Made by a program: the position numbers and the translations under genes
Part shown: piece by piece, positions 45,001 through 56,865 of the stretch
How the letters are laid out: every line of letters begins with the position of its first letter
Position numbering within the stretch: position 1 is the first letter of the stretch
NCBI RefSeq assembly: GCF_964355755.1
Contig: NC_092675.1
Location: forward strand, 13,922,912 to 13,986,911
Direction of reading: 5' to 3'
Source: Antedon mediterranea
Taxonomy: Eukaryota; Animalia; Echinodermata
Length of the DNA stretch: 64,000 bases
The notes under the pieces: model-generated
What the model was told of the DNA's origin: nothing
What the model saw: the letters and a program-made list of their open reading frames with translations, nothing else
Database searches by the model: none

Positions 45001-48000
45001 AAGTGCTTAGAATAGCTTCAAATCACATTTGGAGACGTTTTAGACCATTTTGTGATTTTCGAAAAAACTTGTTAACATAAAAACACGAAAGTGCTTAGAA
45101 TAGCTTCAAATCGCATTTGGAAACGTTTTAGACCATTTTGTGATTTTCGAAAAAACTTGTTAACATAAAAACACGAAAGTGCTTAGAATAGCTTCAAATC
45201 GTATTTGGAAACGTTTTAGACCATTTTGTGATTTTCGAAAAAAATTGTTAACATAAAAACACCAAAGTGCTTAGAATCACATTATAAACCGTTTTAGACC
45301 ATTTTGAGCATTTCGATAACAATTTTCACACAAAAACATCAAAGAGCACAAAATAGCTTAATATCGTATTTAAAAATGTTTTAGACCATTTTGAGCATTT
45401 AGATAAAACTTTTTCACACAAAACACCAAAGTGCTTAGAATAGCTTCAAATCGCATTTGGAGACGTTTTAGACCATTTTGTGATTTTTGAAAAAACTTGT
45501 TAACATAAAAACACCAAAGTGCTTAGAATAGCTTCAAATCACATTTGGAGACGTTTTAGACCATTTTGTGATTTTTGAAAAAACTTGTTAACATAAAAAC
45601 ACGAAAGTGCTTAGAATAGCTTCAAATCACATTTGGAGACGTTTTAGACCATTTTGTGATTTTTGAAAAAACTTGTTAACATAAAAACATGAAAGTGCTT
45701 AGAATAGCTTCAAATCGCATTTGGAAACGTTTTAGACCATTTTGTGATTTTTGAAAAAACTTGTTAACATAAAAACACCAAAGTGCTTAGAATAGCTTCA
45801 AATCACATTTGGAGACGTTTTAGACCATTTTGTGATTTTCGAAAAAACTTGTTAACATAAAAACACGAAAGTGCTTAGAATAGCTTAAAATCGCATTTGG
45901 AGACGTTTTAGACCATTTTGTGATTTTCGAAAAAACTTGTTAACATAAAAACACCAAAGTGCTTAGAATAGCGTCAAATCGTATTTGGAGACGTTTTAGA
46001 CCATTTTGTGATTTTCGAAAAAACTTGTTAACATAAAAACACGAAAGTGCTTAGAATAGCTTCAAATCGCATTTGGAAACGTTTTAGACCATTTTGTGAT
46101 TTTCGAAAAAAATTGTTAACATAAAAACACGAAAGTGCTTAGAATAGCTTCAAATCGCATTTGGAAACGTTTTAGACCATTTTGTGATTTTCGAAAAAAC
46201 TTGTTAGAATAAAAACACGAAAGTGCTTAGAATAGCTTCAAATCGTATTTGGAAACGTTTTAGACCATTATGTGATTTTCGAAAAAAATTGTTAACATAA
46301 AAACACCAAAGTGCTTAGAATCACATTATAAACCGTTTTAGACCATTTTGAGCATTTCGATAACAATTTTCACACAAAAACATCAAAGAGCACAAAATAG
46401 CTTAATATCGTATTTAAAAATGTTTTAGACCATTTTGAGCATTTAGATAAAACTTTTTCACACAAAACACCAAAGTGCTTAGAATAGCTTCAAATCGCAT
46501 TTGGAGACGTTTTAGACCATTTTGTGATTTTTGAAAAAACTTGTTAACATAAAAACACCAAAGTGCTTAGAATAGCTTCAAATCACATTTGGAGACGTTT
46601 TAGACCATTTTGTGATTTTTGAAAAAACTTGTTAACATAAAAACACGAAAGTGCTTAGAATAGCTTCAAATCACATTTGGAGACGTTTTAGACCATTTTG
46701 TGATTTTTGAAAAAACTTGTTAACATAAAAACATGAAAGTGCTTAGAATAGCTTCAAATCGCATTTGGAAACGTTTTAGACCATTTTGTGATTTTTGAAA
46801 AAACTTGTTAACATAAAAACACCAAAGTGCTTAGAATAGCTTCAAATCACATTTGGAGACGTTTTAGACCATTTTGTGATTTTCGAAAAAACTTGTTAAC
46901 ATAAAAACACGAAAGTGCTTAGAATAGCTTAAAATCGCATTTGGAGACGTTTTAGACCATTTTGTGATTTTCGAAAAAACTTGTTAACATAAAAACACCA
47001 AAGTGCTTAGAATAGCGTCAAATCGTATTTGGAGACGTTTTAGACCATTTTGTGATTTTCGAAAAAACTTGTTAACATAAAAACACGAAAGTGCTTAGAA
47101 TAGCTTCAAATCGCATTTGGAAACGTTTTAGACCATTTTGTGATTTTCGAAAAAAATTGTTAACATATAAACACCAAAGTGCTTAGAATCACATTATAAA
47201 CCGTTTTAGACCATTTTGAGCATTTCGATAAAAATTTTCACACAAAAACATCAAAGAGCACAAAATAGCTTAATATCGTATTTAAAAATGTTTTAGACCA
47301 TTTTGAGCATTTAGATAAAACTTTTTCACACAAAACACCAAAGTGCTTAGAATAGCTTCAAATCGCATTTGGAGACGTTTTAGGCCATTTTGTGATTTTT
47401 GAAAAAACTTGTTAACATAAAAACACCAAAGTGCTTAGAATAGCTTCAAATCACATTTGGAGACGTTTTAGACCATTTTGTGATTTTGAAAAAACTTGTT
47501 AACATAAAAACACCAAAGTGCTTAGAATAGCTTCAAATCGCATTTGGAGACGTTTTAGACCATTTTGTGATTTTCGAAAAAACTTGTTAACATAAAAACA
47601 CCAAAGTGCTTAGAATAGCTTCAAATCGTATTTGGAGACGTTCTAGACCATTTTGAGATTTTCGAAAAAACTTGGTTACACAAAAACATCAAAGTGCTTA
47701 AAATCACATTATAAACCGTTTTAGACCATTTTGAGCATTTCGATAACACTTTTCACACAAAAACAACAAAGAGCACAAAATAGCTTAATATCGTATTTAA
47801 AAACGTTTTAGACCATTTTGAGCATTTCGACAAAACTTTTTCACACAAAACACCAAAGTGCTTAGAATAGCTTCAAATCGCATTTGGAGACGTTTTAGAC
47901 CAATTTGTGCATTTCGATGAAACTTGATTACACAAAAACATCAAAGTGCTTAAAATCACATTATAAACCGTTTTAGACCATTTTGAGCATTTCGATAACA

Positions 48001-51000
48001 CTTTTCACACAAAAACATCAAAGAGCACAAAATAGCTTAATATCGTATTTAAAAACGTTTTAGACCATTTTGAGCATTTAGACAAAACTTTTTCACACAA
48101 AACACCAAAGTGCTTAGAATAGCTTCAAATCGCATTTGGAGACGTTTTAGACCATTTTGTGCATTTCGATGGAACTTGGTTACACAAAAACATCAAAGTG
48201 CTTAAAATCACATTATAAATCGTTTTAGACCATTTTGAGCATTTCGACTAAACTTTTTCACACAAAATACAAAAGTGCTTAGAATAGCTTCAAATCGCAT
48301 TTGGAGACGTTTTAGACCATTTTGTGATTTTCGAAAAAACTTTTTAACATAAAAACACCAAAGTGCTTAGAATAGCTTCAAATCACATTTGGAGACGTTT
48401 TAGACCATTTTGTGATTTTCGAAAAAACTTGTTAACATAAAAACACGAAAGTGCTTAGAATAGCTTCAAATCGCATTTAGAAACGTTTTAGACCATTTTG
48501 TGATTTTCGAAAAAAATTGTTAACATAAAAACACCAAAGTGCTTAGAATCACATTATAAACCGTTTTAGACCATTTTGAGCATTTCGATAACAATTTTCA
48601 CACAAAAACATCAAAGAGCACAAAATAGCTTAATATCGTATTTAAAAATGTTTTAGACCATTTTGAGCATTTAGAAAAAACTTTTTCACACAAAACACCA
48701 AAGTGCTTAGAATAGCTTCAAATCGCATTTGGAGACGGTTTAGACCATTTTGTGATTTTGAAAAAACTTGTTAACATAAAAACACCAAAGTGCTTAGAAT
48801 AGCTTCAAATCGCATTTGGAGACGTTTTAGACCATTTTGTGATTTTCGAAAAAACTTGTAAACATAAAAACACCAAAGTGCTTAGAATAGCTTCAAATCA
48901 CATTTGGAGACGTTTTAGACCATTTTGTGATTTTTGAAAAAACTTGTTAACATAAAAACACGAAAGTGCTTAGAATAGCTTCTAATCACATTTGGAGACG
49001 TTTTAGACCATTTTGTGATTTTCGAAAAAGATTGTTAACATAAAAACACCAAAGTGCTTAGAATCACATTATAAACCGTTTTAGACCATTTTGAGCATTT
49101 CAATAACAATTTTCACACAAAAACATCAAAGAGCACAAAATAGCTTAATATCGTATTTAAAAATGTTTTAGACCATTTTGAGCATTTGGATAAAACTTTT
49201 TCACACAAAACACCAAAGTGCTTAGAATAGCTTCAAATCGCATTTGGAGACGTTTTAGACCATTTTGTGCATTTCGATGAAACTTGGTTACACAAAAACA
49301 TCAAAGTGCTTAAAATCACATTATAAATCGTTTTAGACCATTTTGAACATTTCGACAAAACTTTTTCACACAAAATACCAAAGTGCTTAGAATAGCTTCA
49401 AATCGAATTTGGAGACGTTTTAGACCATTTTGTGATTTTCGAAAAAACTTTTTAACATAAAAACACCAAAGTGCTTAGAATAGCTTCAAATCACTTTTGG
49501 AGACGTTTTAGACCATAAGTGCTTAGAATCACATTATAAACCGTTTTAGACCATTTTGAGCATTTCGATAACAATTTTCACACAAAAACATCAAAGAGCA
49601 CAAAATAGCTTAATATCGTATTTAAAAATGTTTTAGACCATTTTGAGCATTTAGATAAAACTTTTTCACACAAAACACCAAAGTGCTTAGAATAGCTTCA
49701 AATCGCATTTGGAGACGTTTTAGACCATTTTGTGATTTTTGAAAAAACTTGTTAACATAAAAACACCAAAGTGCTTAGAATAGCTTCAAATCACATTTGG
49801 AGACGTTTTAGACCATTTTGTGATTTTCGAAAAAACTTGTTAACATAAAAACACGAAAGTGCTTAGAATAGCTTCAAATCGCATTTGGAAACGGTTTAGA
49901 CCATTTAGTGATTTTCGAAAAAACTTGTTAAAATAAAAACACGAAAGTGCTTAGAATAGCTTCAAATCGCATTTGGAAACGTTTTAGACCATTTTGTGAT
50001 TTTCGAAAAAAATTGTTAACATAAAAAAACCAAAGTGTTTAGAATAGCTTCAAATCGCATTTGGAGACGTTTTAGACCAATTTGTGATTTTCGAAAAAAC
50101 TTATCAACATAAAAACACCAAAGGGTTTAGAATAGCTTCAAATCGCATTTGGATACGTTTTAGACCATTTTGTGATTTTCGAAAAAACTTGTTAACATAA
50201 AAACACGAAAGTGCTTAGAATAGCTTCAAATCGCATTTGGAAACGTTTTAGACCATTTTGTGATTTTCGAAAAAACTTGTTAACATAAAAACATGAAAGT
50301 GCTTAGAATAGCTTCAAATCGTATTTGGAGACGTTTTAGACCATTTTGTGATTTTCGAAAAAACTTGTTAACATAAAAACACCAAAGTGCTTAGAATAGC
50401 TTCAAATCGCATTTGGAGACGTTTTAGACCATTTTGTGCATTTCGATGAAACTTGGTTACACAAAAACATCAAAGTGCTTAAAATCACATTATAAACCAT
50501 TTTAGACCATTTTGAGCATTTCGATAACACTTTTCACACAAAAACATCAAAGAGCACAAAATAGCTTAATATCGTATTTAAAAACGTTTTAGACCATTTT
50601 GAGCATTTCGACAAAACTTTTTCACACAAAACACCAAAGTGCTTAGAATAGCTTCAAATCGCATTTGGAGACGTTTTAGACCATTTTGTGATTTTCGAAA
50701 AAACTTGTTAACATAAAAACATCAAAGTGTACAGAATAACTTCAAATCGCATTTGGAGACCGTTTTAGGCCAATTTGTGATTTTCGAAAAAACTTGTTAA
50801 CCTAAAAATACCAAAGTGTTTAGAATAGCTTCAAATCGCATTTGGAGACGTTTTAGACCATTTTGTGATTTTCGAAAAAACTTGTTAACATAAAAACACC
50901 AAAGTGCTTCAAATCGCATTTGGAGACATTTTAGACCAATTTGTGATTTTTGAAAAAACTTGTTAACATAAAAACACCAAAGTGCTTACAATAGCTTCAA

Positions 51001-54000
51001 ATCGTATTTGGAGACGTTTTAGACCATTTTGTGATTTTCGAAAAAACTTGTTAACATAAAAACACGAAAGTACTTAGAATAGCTTCAAATCGCATTTGGA
51101 GACGTTTTAGACCATTTTATGCATTTCGATGAAACTTGGTTACACAAAAACATCAAAGTGCTTAAAATCACATTATAATCCGTTTTAGACCATTTTGAGC
51201 ATTTCGATAACACTTTTCACACAAAAACATCAAAGAGCACAAAATAGCTTAATATCGTATTTAAAAACGTTTTAGACCATTTTGAGCATTTCGACAAAAC
51301 TTTTTCACACAAAACACCAAAGTGCTTAGAATAGCTTCAAATCGCATTTGGAGAAGTTTTAGACCATTTTGTGATTTTCGAAAAAAATTGTTAACATAAA
51401 AACATCAAAGTGTACAGAATAGCTTCAAATCGCATTTGGAGACCGTTTTAGGGCAATTTGTGATTTTCGAAAAAACTTGTTAACCTAAAAATACCAAAGT
51501 GTTTAGAATAGCTTCAAATCGCATTTGGAGACGTTTTAGACCATTTTGTGATTTTCGAAAAAACTTGTTAACATAAAAACACCAAAGTGCTTAGAATAGC
51601 TTCAAATCGCATTTGGAGACATTTTAGACCAATTTGTGATTTTCGAAAAAACTTGTCAACATAAAAACACCAAAGTGTTTAGAATAGCTTCAAATCGCAT
51701 TTGGAGACGTTTTAGACCAATTTGTGATTTTCGAAAAAACTTATCAACATAAAAACACCAAAGGGTTTAGAATATCTTCAAATCTCATTTGGAGACGTTT
51801 TAGACAATTTTGTGATTTTCGAAAAAACTTGTTAACATAAAAACACCAAAGTGCTTAGAATAGCTTCAAATCGCATTTGGAGACGTTTTAGACCATTTTG
51901 TGATTTTCAAAAAAAATTGTTAACATAAAAACACCAAAGTGCATAGAATCACATTATAAACCGTTTTAGACCATTTAGAGCATTTCGATAACAATTTTCA
52001 CACAAAAACATCAATGAGCACAAAATAGCTTAATATCGTATTTAAAAATGTTTTAGACCATTTTGAGCATTTAGACAAAACTTTTTCACACAAAACACCA
52101 AAGTGCTTAGAATAGCTTCAAATCGGATTTGGAGACGTTTTAGACAATTTTGTGATTTTCGAAAAAAATTGTTAACATAAAAACACCAAAGTGCTTAGAA
52201 TAGCTTCAAATCGCATTTGGAGACGTTTTAGACCATTTTGTGATTTTCGAAAAAACTTGGTTACACAAAAACATAAAAGTGCTTAAAATCACATTATAAA
52301 CCGTTTTAGACCATTTTGAGCATTTCGATAACACTTTTCACACAAAAACATCATAGAGTACAAAATAGCTTAATATCGTATTTAAAAACGTTTTAGACCA
52401 TTTTGAGCATTTCGACAAAACTTGTTAACATAAAAACACCAAAGTGCTTAGAATGGCTTCAATTGCATTTGGAGACGCTTTAGACCATTTTGTGATTTTC
52501 GAAAAAAATTGTTAACATAAAAACACCAAAGTGCTTAAAATCACATTATAAATCGTTTTAGACCATTTTGAGCATTTCGATAACACTTTTCACACAAAAA
52601 CATCAAAGAGCACAAGATAGCTTAATATCTTATTTAAAAACGTTTTAGACCATTTTGAGCATTTAGACAAAACTTTTTCACACAAAACACCAAAGTGCTT
52701 AGAATAGCTTCAAATCGCATTTGGAGACGTTTTAGACCAGTTTGTGATTTTCAAAAAAACTTGTTAACATAAAAACACCAAAGTGCTTAGAATAGCTTCA
52801 AATCGTATTTGGAGACGTTTTAGACCATTTTGTGATTTTCGAAAAAACTTGTTAACATAAAAACACCAAAGTGCTTAGAATAGCTTCACATCGCATTTGG
52901 AGACATTTTAGACCAATTTGTGATTTTCGAAAAAAACTTGTCAACATAAAAACACCAAAGTGTTTAGAATAGCTTCAAATCGCATTTGGAGACGTTTTAG
53001 ACCAATTTGTGATTTTCGAAAAAAACTTATCAACATAAAAACACCAAAAGGTTTAGAATAGCTTCAAATCGCATTTTGAGACGTTTTAGACCATTTTGTG
53101 ATTTTCGAAAAAACTTGTTAACATAAAAACACGAAAGTGCTTAGAATAGCTTCAAATCGCATTTGGAAACGTTTTATTCCATTTTGTGATTTTCGAAAAA
53201 AATTGTTAACATAAAAACACCAAAGTGCTTAGAATCACATTATAAACCGTTTTAGACCATTTTGAGCATTTCGATGACAATTTTCACACAAAAACATCAA
53301 AGAGCACAAAATAGCTTAATATCGTATTTAAAAATGTTTTAGACCATTTTGAGCATTTAGAAAAAACTTTTTCACACAAAACACCAAAGTGCTTAGAATA
53401 GCTTCAAATCGCATTTGGAGACGGTTTAGACCATTTTGTGATTTTGAAAAAACTTGTTAACATAAAAACACCAAAGTGCTTAGAATAGCTTCAAATCGCA
53501 TTTGGAGACGTTTTAGACCATTTTGTGATTTTCGAAAAAACTTGTTAACATAAAAACACCAAAGTGCTTAGAATAGCTTCAAATCACATTTGGAGACGTT
53601 TTAGACCATTTTGTGATTTTTGAAAAAACTTGTTAACATAAAAACACGAAAGTGCTTAGAATAGCTTCAAATCACATTTGGAGACGTTTTAGACCATTTT
53701 GTGATTTTCGAAAAAGATTGTTAACATAAAAACACCAAAGTGCTTAGAATCACATTATAAACCGTTTTAGACCATTTTGAGCATTTCAATAACAATTTTC
53801 ACACAAAAACATCAAAGAGCACAAAATAGCTTAATATCGTATTTAAAAATGTTTTAGACCATTTTGAGCATTTAGATAAAACTTTTTCACACAAAACACC
53901 AAAATGCTTAGAATAGCTTCAAATCGAATTTGGAGACGGTTTAGACCATTTTGTGATTTTGAAAAAACTTGTTAACATAAAAACACCAAAGTGCTTAGAA

Positions 54001-55934
54001 TAGCTTCAAATCGCATTTGGAGACGTTTTAGACCATTTTGTGATTTTCGAAAAAACTTGTTAACATAAAAACACCAAAGTGCTTAGAATAGCTTAAAATC
54101 GTATTTGGAGACGTTTTAGACAATTTTGAGATTTTCGAAAAAACTTGGTTACACAAAAACATCAAAGTGCTTAAAATCACATTATAAACCGTTTTAGACC
54201 ATTTTCAGCATTTCGATAACACTTTTCACACAAAAACATCAAAGAGCACAAAATAGCTTAATATCGTATTTAAAAACGTTTTAGACCATTTTGAGCATTT
54301 AGACAAAACTTTTTCACACAAAACACCAAAGTGCTTAGAATAGCTTCAAATCGCATTTGGAGACGTTTTAGACCATTTTGTGTATTTCGATGAAACTTGG
54401 TTACACAAAAACATCAAAGTGCTTAAAATCACACTATAAATCGTTTTAGACCATTTTGAGCATTTCGACAAAACTTTTTCACACAAAATACAAAAGTGCT
54501 TAGAATAGCTTCAAATCGCATTTGGAGACGTTTTAGACCATTTTGTGATTTTCGAAAAACTTGTTAACATAAAAACACCAAAGTGCTTAGAATAGCTTAA
54601 AATCGTATTATGAGACGTTTTAGACAATTTTGAGATTTTCGAAAAAACTTGGTTACACAAAAACATCAAAGTGCTTAAAATCACATTATAAACCGTTTTA
54701 GACCATTTTCAGCATTTCGATAACACTTTTCACACAAAAACATCAAAGAGCACAAAATAGCTTAATATCGTATTTAAAAACGTTTTAGACCATTTTGAGC
54801 ATTTAGACAAAACTTTTTCACACAAAACACCAAAGTGCTTAGAATAGCTTCAAATCGCATTTGGAGACGTTTTAGACCATTTTGTGTATTTCGATGAAAC
54901 TTGGTTACACAAAAACATCAAAGTGCTTAAAATCACATTATAAATCGTTTTAGACCATTTTGAGCATTTCGACAAAACTTTTTCACACAAAATACAAAAG
55001 TGCTTAGAATAGCTTCAAATCGCATTTGGAGACGTTTTAGACCATTTTGTGATTTTCGAAAAAACTTTTTAACATAAAAACACCAAAGTGCTTAGAATAG
55101 CTTCAAATCGTATTTTAGACCATTTTGAGATTTTCGAAAAAACTTGGTTACACAAAAATATCAAAGTGCTTAAAATCACATTATAAACCGTTTTAGACCA
55201 TTTTGAGCATTTCGATAACACTTTTCACACAAAAACATCAAAGAGCACAAAATAGCTTAATATCGTATTTAAAAACGTTTTAGACCATTTTGAGCATTTC
55301 GACAAAACTTTTTCACACAAAACACCAAAGTGCTTAGAATAGCTTCAAATCGCATTTGGAGACGTTTTAGACCAATTTGTGCATTTCGATGAAACTTGGT
55401 TACACAAAAACATCAAAGTGCTTAAAATCACATTATAAATCGTTTTAGACCATTTTGAGCATTTCGATAACACTTTTCACACAAAAACATCAAAGAGCAC
55501 AAAATAGCTTAATATCTTATTTAAAAACGTTTTAGACCATTTTGAGCATTTAGACAAAACTTTTTCACACAAAACACCAAAGTCCTTAGAATAGCTTCAA
55601 ATCGCATTTGGAGACGTTTTAGACCATTTTGTGATTTTCAAAAAAACTTGTTAACATAAAAACACCAAAGTGCTTAGAATAGCTTCAAATCGTATTTGGA
55701 GACGTTTTAGACCATTTTGTGATTTTCGAAAAAACTTGTTAACATAAAAACACCAAAGTGCTTAGAATAGCTTCAAATCGCATTTGGAGACATTTTAGAC
55801 CAATTTGTGATTTTCGAAAAAAACTTGTCAACATAAAAACACCAAAGTGTTTAGAATAGCTTCAAATCGCATTTGGAGACGTTTTAGACCAATTTGTGAT
55901 TTTCGAAAAAACTTATCAACATAAAAACACCAAA
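1..55934. repeat. Satellite DNA array with 88/77/87-bp monomer family and higher-order repeats (left part, runs off window start)
   Basis: Uninterrupted head-to-tail monomers. A = aaagtgcttagaatagcttcaaatcgcatttggagacgttttagaccattttgtgattttcgaaaaaacttgttaacataaaaacacc (starts at 1 and 89; 88 bp). B starts at 177 (77 bp; aatcacattataaacc). C starts at 254 (87 bp; aaagagcacaaaatagcttaatatcg). All share the core gttttagaccattttg. Single orientation throughout. Confidence 0.98.
55931..55934 (+). other. Target-site duplication, left copy (CAAA)
   Basis: cac-CAAA|CACAGCTG. Empty-site monomers elsewhere (e.g. 8401 acaccaaagggtttag) have a single CAAA. Confidence 0.92.
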
Positions 55935-55947
55935 CACAGCTGTTTCA
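55935..55947 (+). repeat. Left terminal inverted repeat
   Basis: CACAGCTGTTTCA; 12/13 identical to the reverse complement of the right end (CACAGCTGTTCCA). Confidence 0.95.
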
Positions 55948-55969
55948 ACTAGTGTTAAGATATCAGAAA

Positions 55970-55990
55970 AAGTCAAGCGCCCTCAGTGTT
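55970..55990 (+). promoter_or_regulatory. Left subterminal motif (putative second transposase-binding element)
   Basis: AAGTCAAGCGCCCTCAGTGTT at offsets 36-56 from the left end; 16/21 identical to the inverted motif at the right end. Confidence 0.7.
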
Positions 55991-56865
55991 AGCAGACGAG
56001 GCTCCCCCCGAGTCGCGCGGACATATACTTTTTGTTTACAAACCATTATTTCGCGAACGCCAAATTAAATTTCGCTATCGTGAGTTTTTATGTAGTAAAA
56101 ACATTTTATACAAAACTAAACGATTAAAAAAAGTGTATGTTCAATTAAAAAATAAATATTTTATTGTTTCTTTACTATAAATTAATAAATAAACGACGAT
56201 ATTGTCCATTTTACTGAAATACTCTCCCGCACATAAACCAGGAAGTTGAGATAAACTGTGTAATGAAATAGTAAACAATCGTAAGTAGAAAATATCATTG
56301 TATTCTTTACTTTTTTTGTGGATATAATTCATTTTTTTAGAAAAAGAACGAACTAGAATATAGTCCATCATTATTATATAAACAAAATAATACTAGTTTT
56401 GTTAATATAGCCTGGTTCAGTTTTTAGTAAAACTCGCATATTTTGCAACCCTTTTATACATTGTTATTGTTATCGGCGAGAAAACGGTTTGGCGATAGGC
56501 TTAGAAAGTGCGTTGACGCCCGCGATGACCGTGACAGTAATGTGGGCCTAGAATGAACCTAGGCCGAAAGATAGAAAATTCGTAATAGTTAAACCTTTAA
56601 TTACCATAATCCTAAATGTAATCATTATAACTGTTACCAAATAATTAATGGCATGTGTTTATAATAATAATTATTGCTTTCCTGGTGCATTTTTAGGCTA
56701 GCTGGTGGGACTGAGTGACAGTCACAGCCTAGGCTAGGCCTTAATATTAATACATTTTTACAGCATAATAATGGTTTAATATTTTGGCTATTAGCTCTCT
56801 TGTTTGGATTTGTTTGGACACAAAACTGAAGTACTGTAGATTTAAAAATTGATTTATTTTTAAAG

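Noticed and set aside
1-55934. CRISPR array interpretation (conserved gttttagacc core resembles the start of a type II repeat)
   Set aside because: The intervening sequences are themselves repeated rather than unique spacers, there are no cas genes, and the context is eukaryotic with introns.
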